Made by a program: the position numbers and the translations under genes. Below the pieces are notes generated by a model. It made no database searches. It was not told where the DNA came from and saw only the letters and a program-made list of their open reading frames with translations. Of a DNA stretch of 64,000 nucleotides, positions 28,001-40,271 are shown piece by piece. Source of the DNA: Azolla caroliniana. Taxonomy: Eukaryota > Plantae > Polypodiophyta. The first letter of the stretch is position 1; each line of letters opens with the position of its first letter. The stretch lies in contig JBHGNT010000004.1 of assembly GCA_043228905.1 (NCBI GenBank), positions 16,802,001 through 16,866,000 on the forward strand. Reading direction: 5' to 3'.

Positions 28001-29437
28001 TCCCTGCTCGATGTTTCGAGCCTCCATGCCCGAACTCCCTCATGTCCGCTCGAATCGGCGATCGCCGCCTCACTGTCCCCGACCTCGTCCTCGGTCGATC
28101 TTTCTCCGCATGTCGAGAGGGTGGCTCGCTCCGCACCCTCTCCTGTGGTACCGATGTACCATTCTCTTTCGGCCTCCTCAACCTCCGATCGCCTCCGGCC
28201 CGACTCCATAATAAGCCCTTCTTCGGCTTCGATTTTCCCCTTTACAAGCTCGCATGCCTCCCGTATTAGCGCTTCTAGGTCGAGCTCCTCTGAACCGTTT
28301 TGTGTTGAGCTCTCTTCCGGCGGTAGTGCGTACCCACTCACCGCTCTCTCTTCTCCGCCGCTCGCGGGCCGTGTTGTGGCCGACCGCCTCGCATCATGTT
28401 GCCGGCACACCCACCGATCGAACTCATGTCGACCTCTTCCTTCTGGTTTCGTGTACCCGTACGCCTCCAATAGGGCTCCCTCAAAGGACTCCCATGACTC
28501 GTGAGCTTCTCGTAGCTCCTTGACGTCCTTGTGCACTGATACGGCCGCCACTCGCGGAAAATACTCTAGTCGCATCGCCTCGTCCACGCCCCCTTTCGCC
28601 ATCTCGGCCTTGTAGGCTCCCAAAAATTTTGGGACCTCACTCCCATTGAACCGGCCGACTCGATCGACCTCCGTTTCGACGGCTTGTTGAGCCGCATCTC
28701 GCTTCGCCATCTTCCGTCTGGCTTCTATCACGATTTTTGCCATCATCTCCTCGAAGTCGAAGTCTTCTTCCATCTCCATGCTCCCTTGCCGCCCTTCACG
28801 TCGGTTCACCAAAGATGTCGCGTAGTTACGCGCATGCGTGTAGAAGGGTTGGACCACGGGGGTCTTGGACTAGGGAGTGGAGGAGAAAGATTAGCTCAAG
28901 GGGAGAAGAGAACGCCTATGACATTATGATAGAAGAAGAAGATGCAATCGAGATACTCAACAAGAAGTTCTATTAAGAAGTGAATGATTACAACAAATGG
29001 TGGCTGCCATGGCCGCACCAAACGACTACTCGAAACCCTAACCCTAACCCTAATGCTCGACCTACGTGGTATACCTCGCACACTCAAAATAGGCAACCCC
29101 CTCAATGGCGCCTTCTCTTTCCTTCTCGCACAAGGAGGGAAGACCGCTTACAAAAGTGAGACTCAAATATCCCCTTTCATTCAAAGGTGATATTTGCCTT
29201 GATTTGGGGGAGGGTGAGATTGATGGCCCCTTAACTCCCACCTCCTCACAAACAACTAGGTACCTATGTACCGCATAGTACCTCTCTCTCTCTCTCTCTC
29301 GTGGATGTGCGTACAACCACATCACCTTTATACCTTTATTACTATTACAAATACGTTATGTACGTGTGCAACGTTGCACATCGCTCTTTGGCTCTCGTTG
29401 CTCGGGTTTCCGCTTGTGGACGAAAATCTTCACGACA
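25044..29437 (-). mobile_element. Non-autonomous LTR element D (Trp PBS, gag fragment plus long novel ORF, no pol)
   Basis: LTRs 25044-25669 and 28816-29437. PBS reverse complement TCACGTCGGTTCACCA at ~28796-28811, PPT 25670-25686, TSD GCGG/ACGG within the gag of C. Confidence 0.9.
26068..28779 (-). CDS. Gag-N-terminus fused to a long acidic, internally repetitive protein of unknown function (one in-frame stop at 26698-26700)
   Basis: ORFs 26698-28857 and 26068-26697 are in the same frame and abut. The N-terminus RVGRFNGSEVPKFLGAYKAEM resembles the gag of C, F and G. Repeats of the type TSGGAAT..TPxLETPATxPRAGVR follow. Confidence 0.55.
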
Positions 29438-30853
29438 ACGGTTCGCGCGGTTGTCGGCGTTGGATCGAACCGTGCTCGATACGAGCCGGGTATTGCTGTT
29501 CGTCAAAGCGGTTGATGCATTGGAAAGAGAGAAGGTAGGTCTCTTGTTGGAGACCGATGAAGGGCTCACAACTAACTAGGCCGTGGTTAAAGGAGTCTGC
29601 AGCCGTTTCGACAAACGGCGAGAATGGAGTGACGAAGGGCCATCGACAGCGAGGCCCGTCTCGGCAAGGCAGTTCGAGGAGCCTTCGCCGGCATGAAAAG
29701 AAGAAAACCGAAACTGGCTTGAGACGGGGTCGGCGTCAAGCGGTGCGGTCAAAGGTCCCTCCGGAGGAGCAGCGCTGGAGGAGTTGACGCAAATGGTACG
29801 CGACCTCCAGATCGCGCAAGCACGACGGGACAACGGTGACCAACCTCGCGACTGAAGACCACCGGCAAGATAGCAATGCATATGGTGCGACGCAGTCGGC
29901 CATGCCCGGGGAGACTGCACGGATTTCGCAAATGCGCTCAGAACTAACACATTGTACCTCTGGAATGGGCGGGTGCACGCTAGGAAGACTCGGAGAGCCC
30001 TAGAATTGAATACCGGGCGTGGAGGAATGAAGAGGCTGATGGAAGAGGCCGCCGCGCGTCACACTGACGCCGTGAATTATGTGGCATCGGTAGGAATCCG
30101 GGTCGGGGGCAACGAAGAACAGAGGGCAAGCCACGCCGGGTTCTGGCTATTAGCGTTGGAAGGCCTCTTCGGAGTCCGGATAAAGAAGGAAGAAACGGAC
30201 CGCGCGGAGCAGCGGATTCGAGAGGTCACCGGGTGGGCCGACCCAGTCGAAGAAAAGTCTGGCTTCGTAGAACTATGAGGTTCTGGTAGAAGACAAGCGC
30301 GTGGGAAAGGCTGGAGGGGCCGGTCCCCCGCAATGGTACGACACCCGGTTTGGCCCGAAAAAGAGTTGTTACCGGCCGACAAAGGAGTCCAGAGTGGGAA
30401 ACGGAGAGCTAATTAAGTAGTAGGAATGTGGTTGTAATTAAGCTATGAGTGTGGACGGACGGACCGGAAACGGTATGCCGTTCCGGATCCGGACCGATCC
30501 CGAACAGGTGCGGATGGCACCGTTTTGTAATACTGACCGGAAACCTATTTAAAGGCCCGGATACAATGTAATAGTTAGCGGTTAATTAATGAAAGCTTAA
30601 GCGTTGTTATCTCTCTGTGTTAATTGTCGTTCTGTCTTAATTGTTATATCTTACGCGTGTTATGAAAGACGATCCTAATAAGTAACTTAATTAAGTCGGA
30701 TTAAGCGTTGAAGTCTAATCCGGTTGCCGTAACACCCTTTGGTGAAGTGTCTCCCGTAGACACCCTGTGTTAGGCCATTGTCTGGCCCGAAGAGTTAACA
30801 CAGTTTTTGGCGACCACGATTCCTGTTTTTGCAACGAACGACGGCACGGATGG

Positions 30854-33800
30854 ATGTCTAGATCAACGCACGACCTGGTTACATATCGAACTCGACGCCT
30901 TGCCGAAAGGCAAAGCAGACGCGAGGCTTTCCAGCAAACGGCGCAGGAAATTAGAGCGGATCGCTCGTTTTCCAACGTAATCCGGAGAGTAGCGGAGGAC
31001 TCCCTCTGGTTACAGCAAACATCGCACTCGGACGACGGCAGCAGCCTAAGCAGCCTCCGGGAAACCGAATCCCTTCTCCACGCGTTGGCAAACGGAGAAG
31101 GCGAAGCAAAGGCCTTTTCAGCATATGAATCGAACTCCGAAGGGGAATACAACGTGCACACGAACTACCGTAGCAGCAACGAAACCCCGGGCGGACCGGA
31201 GGACGAAGGATCGGATACCTTACCGACATCGGAACCGGAACCGGAAGTGCTAACGCTGGAACCCCCGGAACCAGCAGAGGAAGAACGACCTCCGATACCG
31301 GAAGTCGAAGAGGAGAGGCCTCCGTCACCAAAGGAAGAGAAACAACCGACACCGGAATCAAATCGGGAAAAACCACCGACACCGGAGAAAATTCCGGAAC
31401 GAGCACCAACACTACCAGCCCGCGCACCGATACCGGACGACGACATACCGTTCCAGTACTCCAAGTATAAAGATGATCCGGACGCGGAAGCTCATGTGCA
31501 CGTCTTTGAACAGACATGGGAAGCCAATCATGTGTCCCAGCGATTGACACCGGAGGAAGAAGAACGCTCTAAGATAGCAGAGTTTGGCGTCACATTGGAG
31601 GGACTGGCAGCAAGATGGCGCCGGACGCAGGACCCGTCTACCATCAACACCTTTGCAGATTTAAAAGCTAAATTCTTGCATTTTTTTCAAAAGGAGGTGG
31701 ACTAGACCGTAATGGTAGGCTAATTTTATACCATCCGGCAAGAGGCAGGGGAGAGCATTCTCCAATTTGTCATCCGGTTTCAACGGATGCATAGTCAGCT
31801 TGCCCGCGCACCCCCGGGGGAGGAATTACGGATGATATTCCTAAACGCGCTCCGGGAACCCCTACGCACGGTTTGCACGGTAATCGACTTCCGCACAAGT
31901 ACCATCGACCAGGTCATTGACCGGGTGAGAGAGATGGAAAAGACAAGCTCCTGGCTCACACTGGGAGCACTTCAACGGGCGTTACCGTCCGATGAAGACC
32001 TCCGGTTTCGACAAGCAATACAGTGCACAACCTGCTTGAATTCCGAACACTCGGCTCTAGAATGCACTATGAGGACGCAATGTGTAATCTGTCAATCCAA
32101 GAGCCATATGACGGATAGGTGCGAGTATAATCTGTTGAATCGGCAAGCACCGCCCGTCCGACAAATTGAGCCACGCAGCAGCCGGGATGAAGAAGACGAA
32201 CGCTGGCGGCGAATGGACCGTGACCGACCGGCACAGGATGTCCGGTATGGCGATCGACGGGAAAATGATGTCCAGTGTGGTGATCGAAGGGATAACTATG
32301 ACCAGCATGATCGGTACCAGGATTACAATAGACGATACGAACAGTACGACCGGGAGCACTCCCCTGGATATCGTCAGCAACGGGAGGAATACGGCAGATA
32401 TAACGGGCAACCCCGTGAAGAGTACCCCCGGGATTTAAAAAAACGGCATTTTAAAAAAGTCGGCTACCCCCGGGATCCGGAACAAGGAGCTCCAAGTAGC
32501 CAACAGGTACAAAACCCCACGCGTGCCGTAGGACCTGCCCCGGGTACAACAGACAATGCCGAATCTAGCAATACCCGGAAGGCCTACTGCTACTACTGCC
32601 GACAGGAAGGCCATTATAGTAACCAATGCCCGGTGAAGAGCTATGAAAAACGACCGGCGGTAAATATGGTAGTCCCTGAGGTGGCAGACCTGCAGCAGGT
32701 GACCACAAGGTCGAAGGGCATGACCAAAGAATGGGAGACACAGGAGACCATCTGGAAACAAGCAACAGAATGGGTAAAGAAAGCAAACGAGCAGAATGTC
32801 ACAGACTTAACGCAGCAAAAGGAGAACACCGCAGGGCTTGCCGGCGGCAGTCACTCCGAGAACGAGACATGGCAAGTGTTGCAAGAATGCCAGATTACGT
32901 TACCACTAGGAAGACTCCTACAACTCGTGCCAAGATTCACGGAAGGACTGAAGACGGCCATGACGGCAGGAGAACCATCACCGACACCGGTACTCTTCTC
33001 GAATCCGGAGGAGGGACCAACAGTGGTAGACACCAGCAGTCCGGTAATCACTGCCATTGTAAAAGGGAAAGAACTCCCCGGCACAGTTATAGACGGAGGC
33101 TCTGGGGTAAATGTTATAAGCCTCCGGACGTGTGATGACCTAGGAATCCACGAGTGGGAGCCGTGTCCGTTCTGGTTGCGGATGGCCGATACAAGCTCAG
33201 TGCGGCCGACAGGATTAATACGGAAATTAGAAGTCACCGTAGGCGGGCATACATTTCACATCTCGGTCGTAGTGCTACAATTACAGGCACAAGGCGCATA
33301 CCCGCTATTGCTGGGGCGGCCATGGTTGAAAACAGCACATATCAAACAGAATTGGCGAAAAAATATAATTACCTTCCAGCGAGGAAAAGCCAAGGTACGG
33401 GTACCAACACAACCAAGGACGAGCACTGGCATGGAATGTACACCGTTGTATGCGGAATGCGTCAACATGCTAGAAGGGTTAGCGGACGAAGAAGAAGCTC
33501 AATACCTGCAGGAAAACCCGAAGATCATACCCCTCTTTGAAATTGACATTGCCGAAGCCGTAGCACCATACTTACTGCAACCGGAAGAGGCGGAAGCAGA
33601 ACCGGATAAAGACACAATCCGGGAGTTACGGCAAGCGCAGGAAGCGTTGGAACAGGAAATGGCCGTTTCACAGCGCGTAAAAGCATCGCAACTGGAAGAG
33701 GTGAATTTAGGCACCACGGACGAAGCAAAACCGGTGCACATCGCCAAGGAGATGAAGTCCGGAGACAAAACGGCGATGATAACACTTCTCACGGAATTTC

Positions 33801-36730
33801 GCGACGTATTCGCCTGGTCATACGAAGACATGCGAGGACTCGACCCTCAGTTATACCAGCATCAAGTGCACTTGAGCAAGGACGCAAAACCAGTGGCACA
33901 AAGACGGTACCGGATGAATCCCAATTATGCCGCCAAGGTCAAGGAAGAAATCGACAAACTGCTAAGAGTTGGCTTTATCCGTCCGGTAAAGAAAGCGACA
34001 TGGCTGAGCCCGATCGTAGTCGTACCGAAGAAGAACGGGAAAATTCGAGTTTGCGTGAACTACCGGAAACTCAATGCAGCTACGGTAACAGATGCGTTTC
34101 CACTTCCGTTCACAGATGGAGTGTTGGATGCCATCGCCGGCCATGAGGTCTATAGCTTCTTAGACGGATTCAGCGGGTATAATCAGATCCGGATGCACCC
34201 CGACGACCAAGAGAAAACGGCATTCGTCACCGAATGGGGGGTCTTTGTCGCCGTGGTGATGATGTTCGGACTCAAAACGGCACCGACAACATTTCAACGG
34301 ATCATCATGGAAATCTTTGGTGAATATATACCGGCTTTTATGCAGGTTTTCCTTGACGATTTCGCCGTCTATAGCCGGGAGGAGGACCATTTTCAGCACC
34401 TCTGTCTTTGTCTAGAAAAGTGTAGAGCGTACCGGCTAAGCTTGAATCCGGCAAAGTGTGTATTTGGCGTGTCCAGTGGAACTTTATTAGGACATATTGT
34501 GAGCCAGGAAGGTATTGCAGTCGACCCGGACAAAGTGAAAGCCATATTAGAAGCACCGGCGCCGGCAACGGCAAAGGCATTAAGCCGATTCTTAGGCCAG
34601 ATCCGGTGGCACAGCCGGATGCTCCGGTACTTGGCTGACCTGGCTACACCGTTGCATGCCGCCGTACATCGGACACCATTCCAGTGGATCGACACTAAGG
34701 ATAGGGCGCATAAGGCCCTCAAGGTACTATTGTCACAGGCACCGGTAGTACAACCTCCGGATTGGAGTAAAGAATTTCATGTGTTCGTGGACGCCTCCGA
34801 CATCACAATCGGAAGCATACTTATGCAGCTTACGGAGCCAAAGTGGTACCGGCCAGTGTACTATGCCAGCCGAAAGCTATCCCAAGCAGAACGAAACTAC
34901 TCTACCACGGAATGGGAAGCTCTAGGGATGATCTACAGTGTGACAAAGTTTCGGCACTATTTATTGGGAAGGAAGTTTTCCTTCCATGTAGATCATTCGG
35001 CACTCCTTTACCTGGTGTCCAAGGCGTCACTCACCGGCAAATTGGCCCGGTGGACCTTATTGTTATAGGAGTTCGAGTTTGAAATATTCCACCGACCCAG
35101 TATACAGCATGCCGTAGCGGATTACTTAAGCCGATTGGAGTCCGGAGAGACGGGTGACGGAGTACCGGATGAGTTTTCGGATGCGGAGCTGTTTCGAGTC
35201 ACTACGGAGACGGCAACAGATGAGACAGTGGCCCAGGAAGACAAGTGGCTCACAAATATGCACCAGTTTCTGAGCACAGGACTGCCTCCGGAAGAGCTGA
35301 ACCGGGACAAACGGAAACGCCTGGCGGTGCAAACCCGACATTTCTGCTTACTGCAAGACACACTGTACCACAAGGGCGCGAACGGCATAGGGAGACGGGC
35401 GGTGCGCAGTGATGAAAAGGAACTGATACTGAGGGAAGCCCACTGTGGAGTTGCCGGAGGTCACTATGTCGGAGATGTGACGGCCAGAAAAATATGGCAA
35501 AGTGGTCTATGGTGGCCAACGACATTAAGAGATGCGGTACGGTACGCAAAAGAATGTGACCTATGCCAGAGAATGGGCCAGCCAACGGAGCAGGCTCGTA
35601 TGCCACACCAGCCGGTACTACCACTCGAGCCATTCCAAAAGTGGGGGCTGGACTTTGTAGGACCGTTCAAGCCACCGACAATGAGAACAGGTAATCGGTA
35701 CGTTATCGTTGCTACAGATTACTGCATGAAATGGGTGGAGGCCAAAGCTTTACGGGATAACACCGCTGCGTCAACGACAAAGTTTCTATATGAGTACATC
35801 TGGTGCCGTTACGGATGCCCCATCGAATTGATAAGTGACCATGGGGGGCACTTTCTCGGATAAGTAGTGGAAAGCCTAATGACCTTCTATGCCGTGGTCC
35901 ACAAACGAAGCACAACTTACTATCCACAGGCGAACGGATTAGCGGAATCAACAAACAAGACGCTCCAGAATATCCTTCGGAAGATCGTCAACGAGAACCG
36001 GATGGATTGGGACACAAAGCTACATAGCGCGCTTTGGGCATACCGGACGGCATACAAAACGAGCATCCAAACAACACCGTTCCGGTTGGCGTTCGGACTC
36101 GAGGCGGTCATACCGGTAGAATTCCAAGTACTTAGCTTACGGATCCAGCTACGAGAACGGCTGAACGAGAAGGAGTCGGAGACAATAAGGTTGACAGCGC
36201 TGTGTGAGCTCGAGGAACAACGGTTGGCCAACATCCTACATTTAGAATTGGAGCAACGGCGACGGAAAGCATTCGTAGACCGGCACAGGAAAGGTAACGA
36301 AAAAACGTTCGCAATCGGCAAACCGGTGTTAGTATTCCAAACCCGGATGGGCAAGATGCCGGGTAAACTAAGGTTTAGATGGACCGGACCGTATTGGCTA
36401 ACACGGGAGTATAATGGGTCCTACCAGTTAGGGACACTTGCCGGCGAAGTGCTAGGCAAATGGGTCAACGGATTCCGGTTAAAGGCATATAGAGGACCGA
36501 TGCCTAAGAACCCGTTTGAGCAAAGGACCGACGGAAACCACCAAGACGTCGGAAGCCGCCAAGACATGGCTGAAGCAACATGGGCTCGAGGGCTTCTTGA
36601 TGATGATGGAAGTACCGCCACACAAAGAAGCCGACAAAGTGATCAAGGAAATCGATACAGAGGTCATAACGGTAGAGGCGATTCGAGCGTTAACAGGCCT
36701 GCCGGAGGGAGGCATACTCACGATCGATAA
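30854..36730 (+). pseudogene. Single-frame gag-pol of E with premature stops
   Basis: ORFs starting 30767, 31787, 35135 and 35867 share one frame, with stops at 31703, 31721, 35066 and 35861. Contains CCHC knuckles, protease VIDGGSGVN, RT FLDD, RNase H VDAS..YASRKL and integrase HHCC/WGLDFVGP. Confidence 0.9.
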
Positions 36731-39214
36731 TCCAACCCCGGAGCAACTCATCAGGTATTTTGGTGAGTACTCTCTAGCTAGCAAGGGCTACCGGACACAA
36801 GGCGGCGGAGATATGTTGTTCCGCGAAATTACTCGTGTGCTCCATGAATACGGCCACGTGTACCCTAGACCCCTTGTCATGCCGCAGAACCGGACAGGGA
36901 TGATCATCGCCACCTATGAAGGGATCAAGGTGGATTGGCCGGTATTGATCGCAGACGGGTTGTGTGTGGCGATCGAGATCATCAGAGGCAAAGACGGCAA
37001 AGAAGGCCGAGACGGACGAAGGATATGGCACGCCGTAACGCAGTGGCTCACCTTGTTGGTGCCACCCGTTCAGACCGTCCAGCCCAAGAAGTGAGGAAGA
37101 GTGCCGGACGGCACCCCAAGGACGACTTTCAAACGGCAACAGTTGTTGGCCTCGAAGGCCACTAAGGGAAAGGCGGCGGATGCAGAACAGGAGGCAGCAG
37201 GAAGCGGCAGCCAGAAGCGCCCAACGGAGGCGCAGGAGGAACCATCGGCACGGCCCGTAAAGGTCACACTCCGCCGACCGGTGAATCGAGAAGCGGATCC
37301 CAGGAGGAGGAAATAGAGGAGGAGCCTACGGAGCACCTCCAGCGACGGTCGTCGGCAAGGACCGTTGAGACAGCCGGGAAACGTTCGGACCCTCAGACGG
37401 AGGGAACACCGGCTCCCCATATTGAGACTCCCACGCCAAGGAAGGAACCGGAACCGGTGCAGATGGCACCGGAAACAGAAGCCCTGGCACCACCGGCAAC
37501 ACCCGCAAGTCCCATCCCGCGAGAGTCGGAAAGGTCAATGCAGCCTCCCTCGGTCAGCCAAGAAGAAGCGCAAGGGGAAGCAGTACAGGAGGATGGTCCA
37601 CAGGCAGAAACGGAACTGCAACTCGGCGCAACCAGGCGGGACCACCCCTCTACAAGTGAGCCCATCGGTCAAATCTCCGTGCAAGCACAACAAGGCACCG
37701 GTAGCCTGTGGCTCCGGTGGATAGGCGAACAGATAGCCGGAGCAGTGGGGTATATAGAGGCGGAAGAAAGAGCGCAAAGCGAACGGTTGCTCGTCACAAC
37801 CGAACAACTAGAGACGGCCCGGTCCAGAATCCGGTGCCTTGAAAAAGTCTTGGATGAGGTCACGACAGAGATGGCCAAAATACGGATCCAATCACCGGTG
37901 ACTTCGGTAAGTGTATAGAATAAAGAAACGGAACGACCTGTACATAGCAATAAAACCCCGGCAACGAAAACCGTTCCGGCGAGAGATGCGGCGCAAGCTC
38001 AGGAGCTTGCGGAATTGAGAGAGGAACTTGCCGCACAAGAAGCGCTAAGGAGCCGTGAACGAGAATTGAAGACAGCGGCCGAAGACGAATTAAAGAAGAC
38101 TGCTGAGAACCTACGTCGGGCAGAGGAGAGCCTCCGGAAAGGCCATCAAGTGTACGACCGGCTAAAGGAGGAGAAAGACAAAGTGCTGCAGGAAAAGGAC
38201 AAGCTACGGAAAACGGCGGAAATAGAGATTGAACAGCTAAAGGAAGAGCTCCGCCAGCAGAAGGAACGCGAGGACCGGGCCCGTCGTCAGATCAATGCAC
38301 GGCTCAAGCAAAAGACGGATGATTTTGAGCACCTGCACTGGGACTACAAACGGTTGGAAACGGAGCATAAAGAACGGATGGCCGAGCTCCAGCAGGCAGT
38401 TGACCGGGCCGCGACGGCGATCGCCGACGAACGGGCGGAAAATACAAGACGCTTGGACGAGGCGGAGAAGGTCCGGATGGAACTCCAGAGGCAGCAGCAG
38501 GAAGACAAAGAGAGAGCGTCAACAGTATTGCAGAAATTACAAAGCACATATCAAAGGCAATTGATGCATTACCAGGCGCAGGCGAAGGACAACATCAAAA
38601 TCATCAAACAACTGAAGGAGGAACAGCAAGCGGCGGAAACCAAATCGCAATTGGGAACGAGCTGGATTCAATCCATCCTCCGGGCATGGCTGAATCAGAC
38701 AAAACACTTGATTGATGAAAGCTCCGTAAAATGGTGGACAAAGTGGGCACAAAACGCGGCGGAACTCGAGTTGCTACGGGCGGATGTGGCAAACCGGCGG
38801 AAGGAAGGAGATGACTGTTATACGTTGACTTCCGAGGACTTCACCGCCATACGGGACGAGCTGGCCGACGACTTCCAAGTCCTAGCAGATGAACAACTGG
38901 CGCAGGTCAGGCAGCTCGTAGTTCAGCTGGACGATGATAGGCTGGACGCTCAAATCCAGTTTGAAAGCTACGAGCGGTCCCGGGTACGGGAGGCGGCAAC
39001 GGTTAACCTTAGTGATGAGGAACCGTCGTCGGCTGAGGGCCAGCCGGGAACCAGTCAACCGGAGACCACTACGACGCAGGGAGCAACGACGGAGACACCG
39101 GTGTCAGAGCCACAATCAGAGGAGCAGCCACAGCAGCCGATCCCGAACAGGTGCGGATGGCACCGTTTTGTAATACAGACCGGAAACCTATTTAAAGGCC
39201 CGGATACAATGTAA
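36516..39214 (+). pseudogene. Extra ORF of E: globular N-terminal domain, disordered linker and long coiled coil
   Basis: Fragments 36516-37094, 37101-37316, 37457-37918 and 38015-39214. The last is E/K/Q/R-rich and heptad-like; no obvious transmembrane segment. Confidence 0.7.
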
Positions 39215-40271
39215 TAGTTAGCGGTTAATTAATGAAAGCTTAAGCGTTGTTATCTCTCTGTGTTAATTGCCGTTCTGTCTTAATTGTTATATCTTACGCG
39301 TGTTATGAAAAACGATCCTAATAAGTAACTTAATTAAGTCGGATTAAGCGTTGAAGTCTAATCTGGTTGCCGTAACACCCTTTGCTGAAGTGTCTCCCGT
39401 AGACACCCTGTGTTAGGCCATTGTTCGGCCCAAAGAGTTAACAAGACTGACGCCGGCAATTATGGCATACCGGACAAGGCCAAGCCTACTGGGTACCAAC
39501 TGAGCACCAAGATAGAAAGAACGACGAACCTACGAAAGGTCCTCGAAGAGCGGATCCTCGATAGCAAGGTGGAGTTGTCGTTGAGGGAGGTGCTTGGAAT
39601 CGCCAAGAAGGAGTTCCACTACTCCAGTCTGGACTTGGTGAAGCGCAAACGGCTCTCCACGGAACCGGAGCCGGAGAAGCCCGTGGACGTGTGGACTATG
39701 CACTTAGAGGATGTGGCCCTGGAGGACGAGTTGGCGGAAAGCCATTGTTCTAAATTACACTAGGCTAGAGCCACTACTGAGACTCTTGTCCGGATCGGGG
39801 ATGTGCAAGAGCCGGTAGTGGCGCTTATAGACCATGGATCCGAGATCAATCTGATGTCCATGGACTTTTACAAAAAGGGGAAATGGCCGATCAACACCAA
39901 ACAGGCTGGAAGATACGCACGACGACCCGCGCAATGCAGGAGCTGCACGGGGCGTGCCCGAACGTATGCGTGAAGATCGGCGACGTTGAGATAGACCAAC
40001 ACTTTTTTGTCCAAGAAACGTCCTCACACCTAGTGATACTCGACGAACTATACATCACGGCAACACGCATGGAGACAAAGGTGCTCGACAACGGCTCGGC
40101 ATACGCGCGCGTGAAGAGTCAAAACGGTAAGGCCGAATTTCTGACCGTAAGGCCGAATCATGAGCGTAACCGCGAGACTCTCGGCGGCGACAACTGAGGG
40201 GATTTTTAAAGAGGGCTATCAAGGCGTGGGGCCGCGATAGTCCGGAAGCGCTGGAGAAACCCCACACCTAT

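Larger units (their letters stand above)
30367..39443 (+). mobile_element. Non-chromovirus Ty3/gypsy element E (Athila/Tat-like organisation) with an extra 3' ORF
   Basis: 5' LTR 30367-30800 (TGTTA..TAACA); the 3' LTR remnant 39137-39443 matches 30494-30800. PBS TGGCGACCAC (tRNA-Arg-like, 10 nt) at ~30808, 5-bp TSD AGAGT/AGACT. Confidence 0.9.

Noticed and set aside
36516-39214. Calling the extra ORF of E a retroviral env
   Set aside because: No signal peptide or hydrophobic transmembrane segment is visible, although the true 3' end is deleted.
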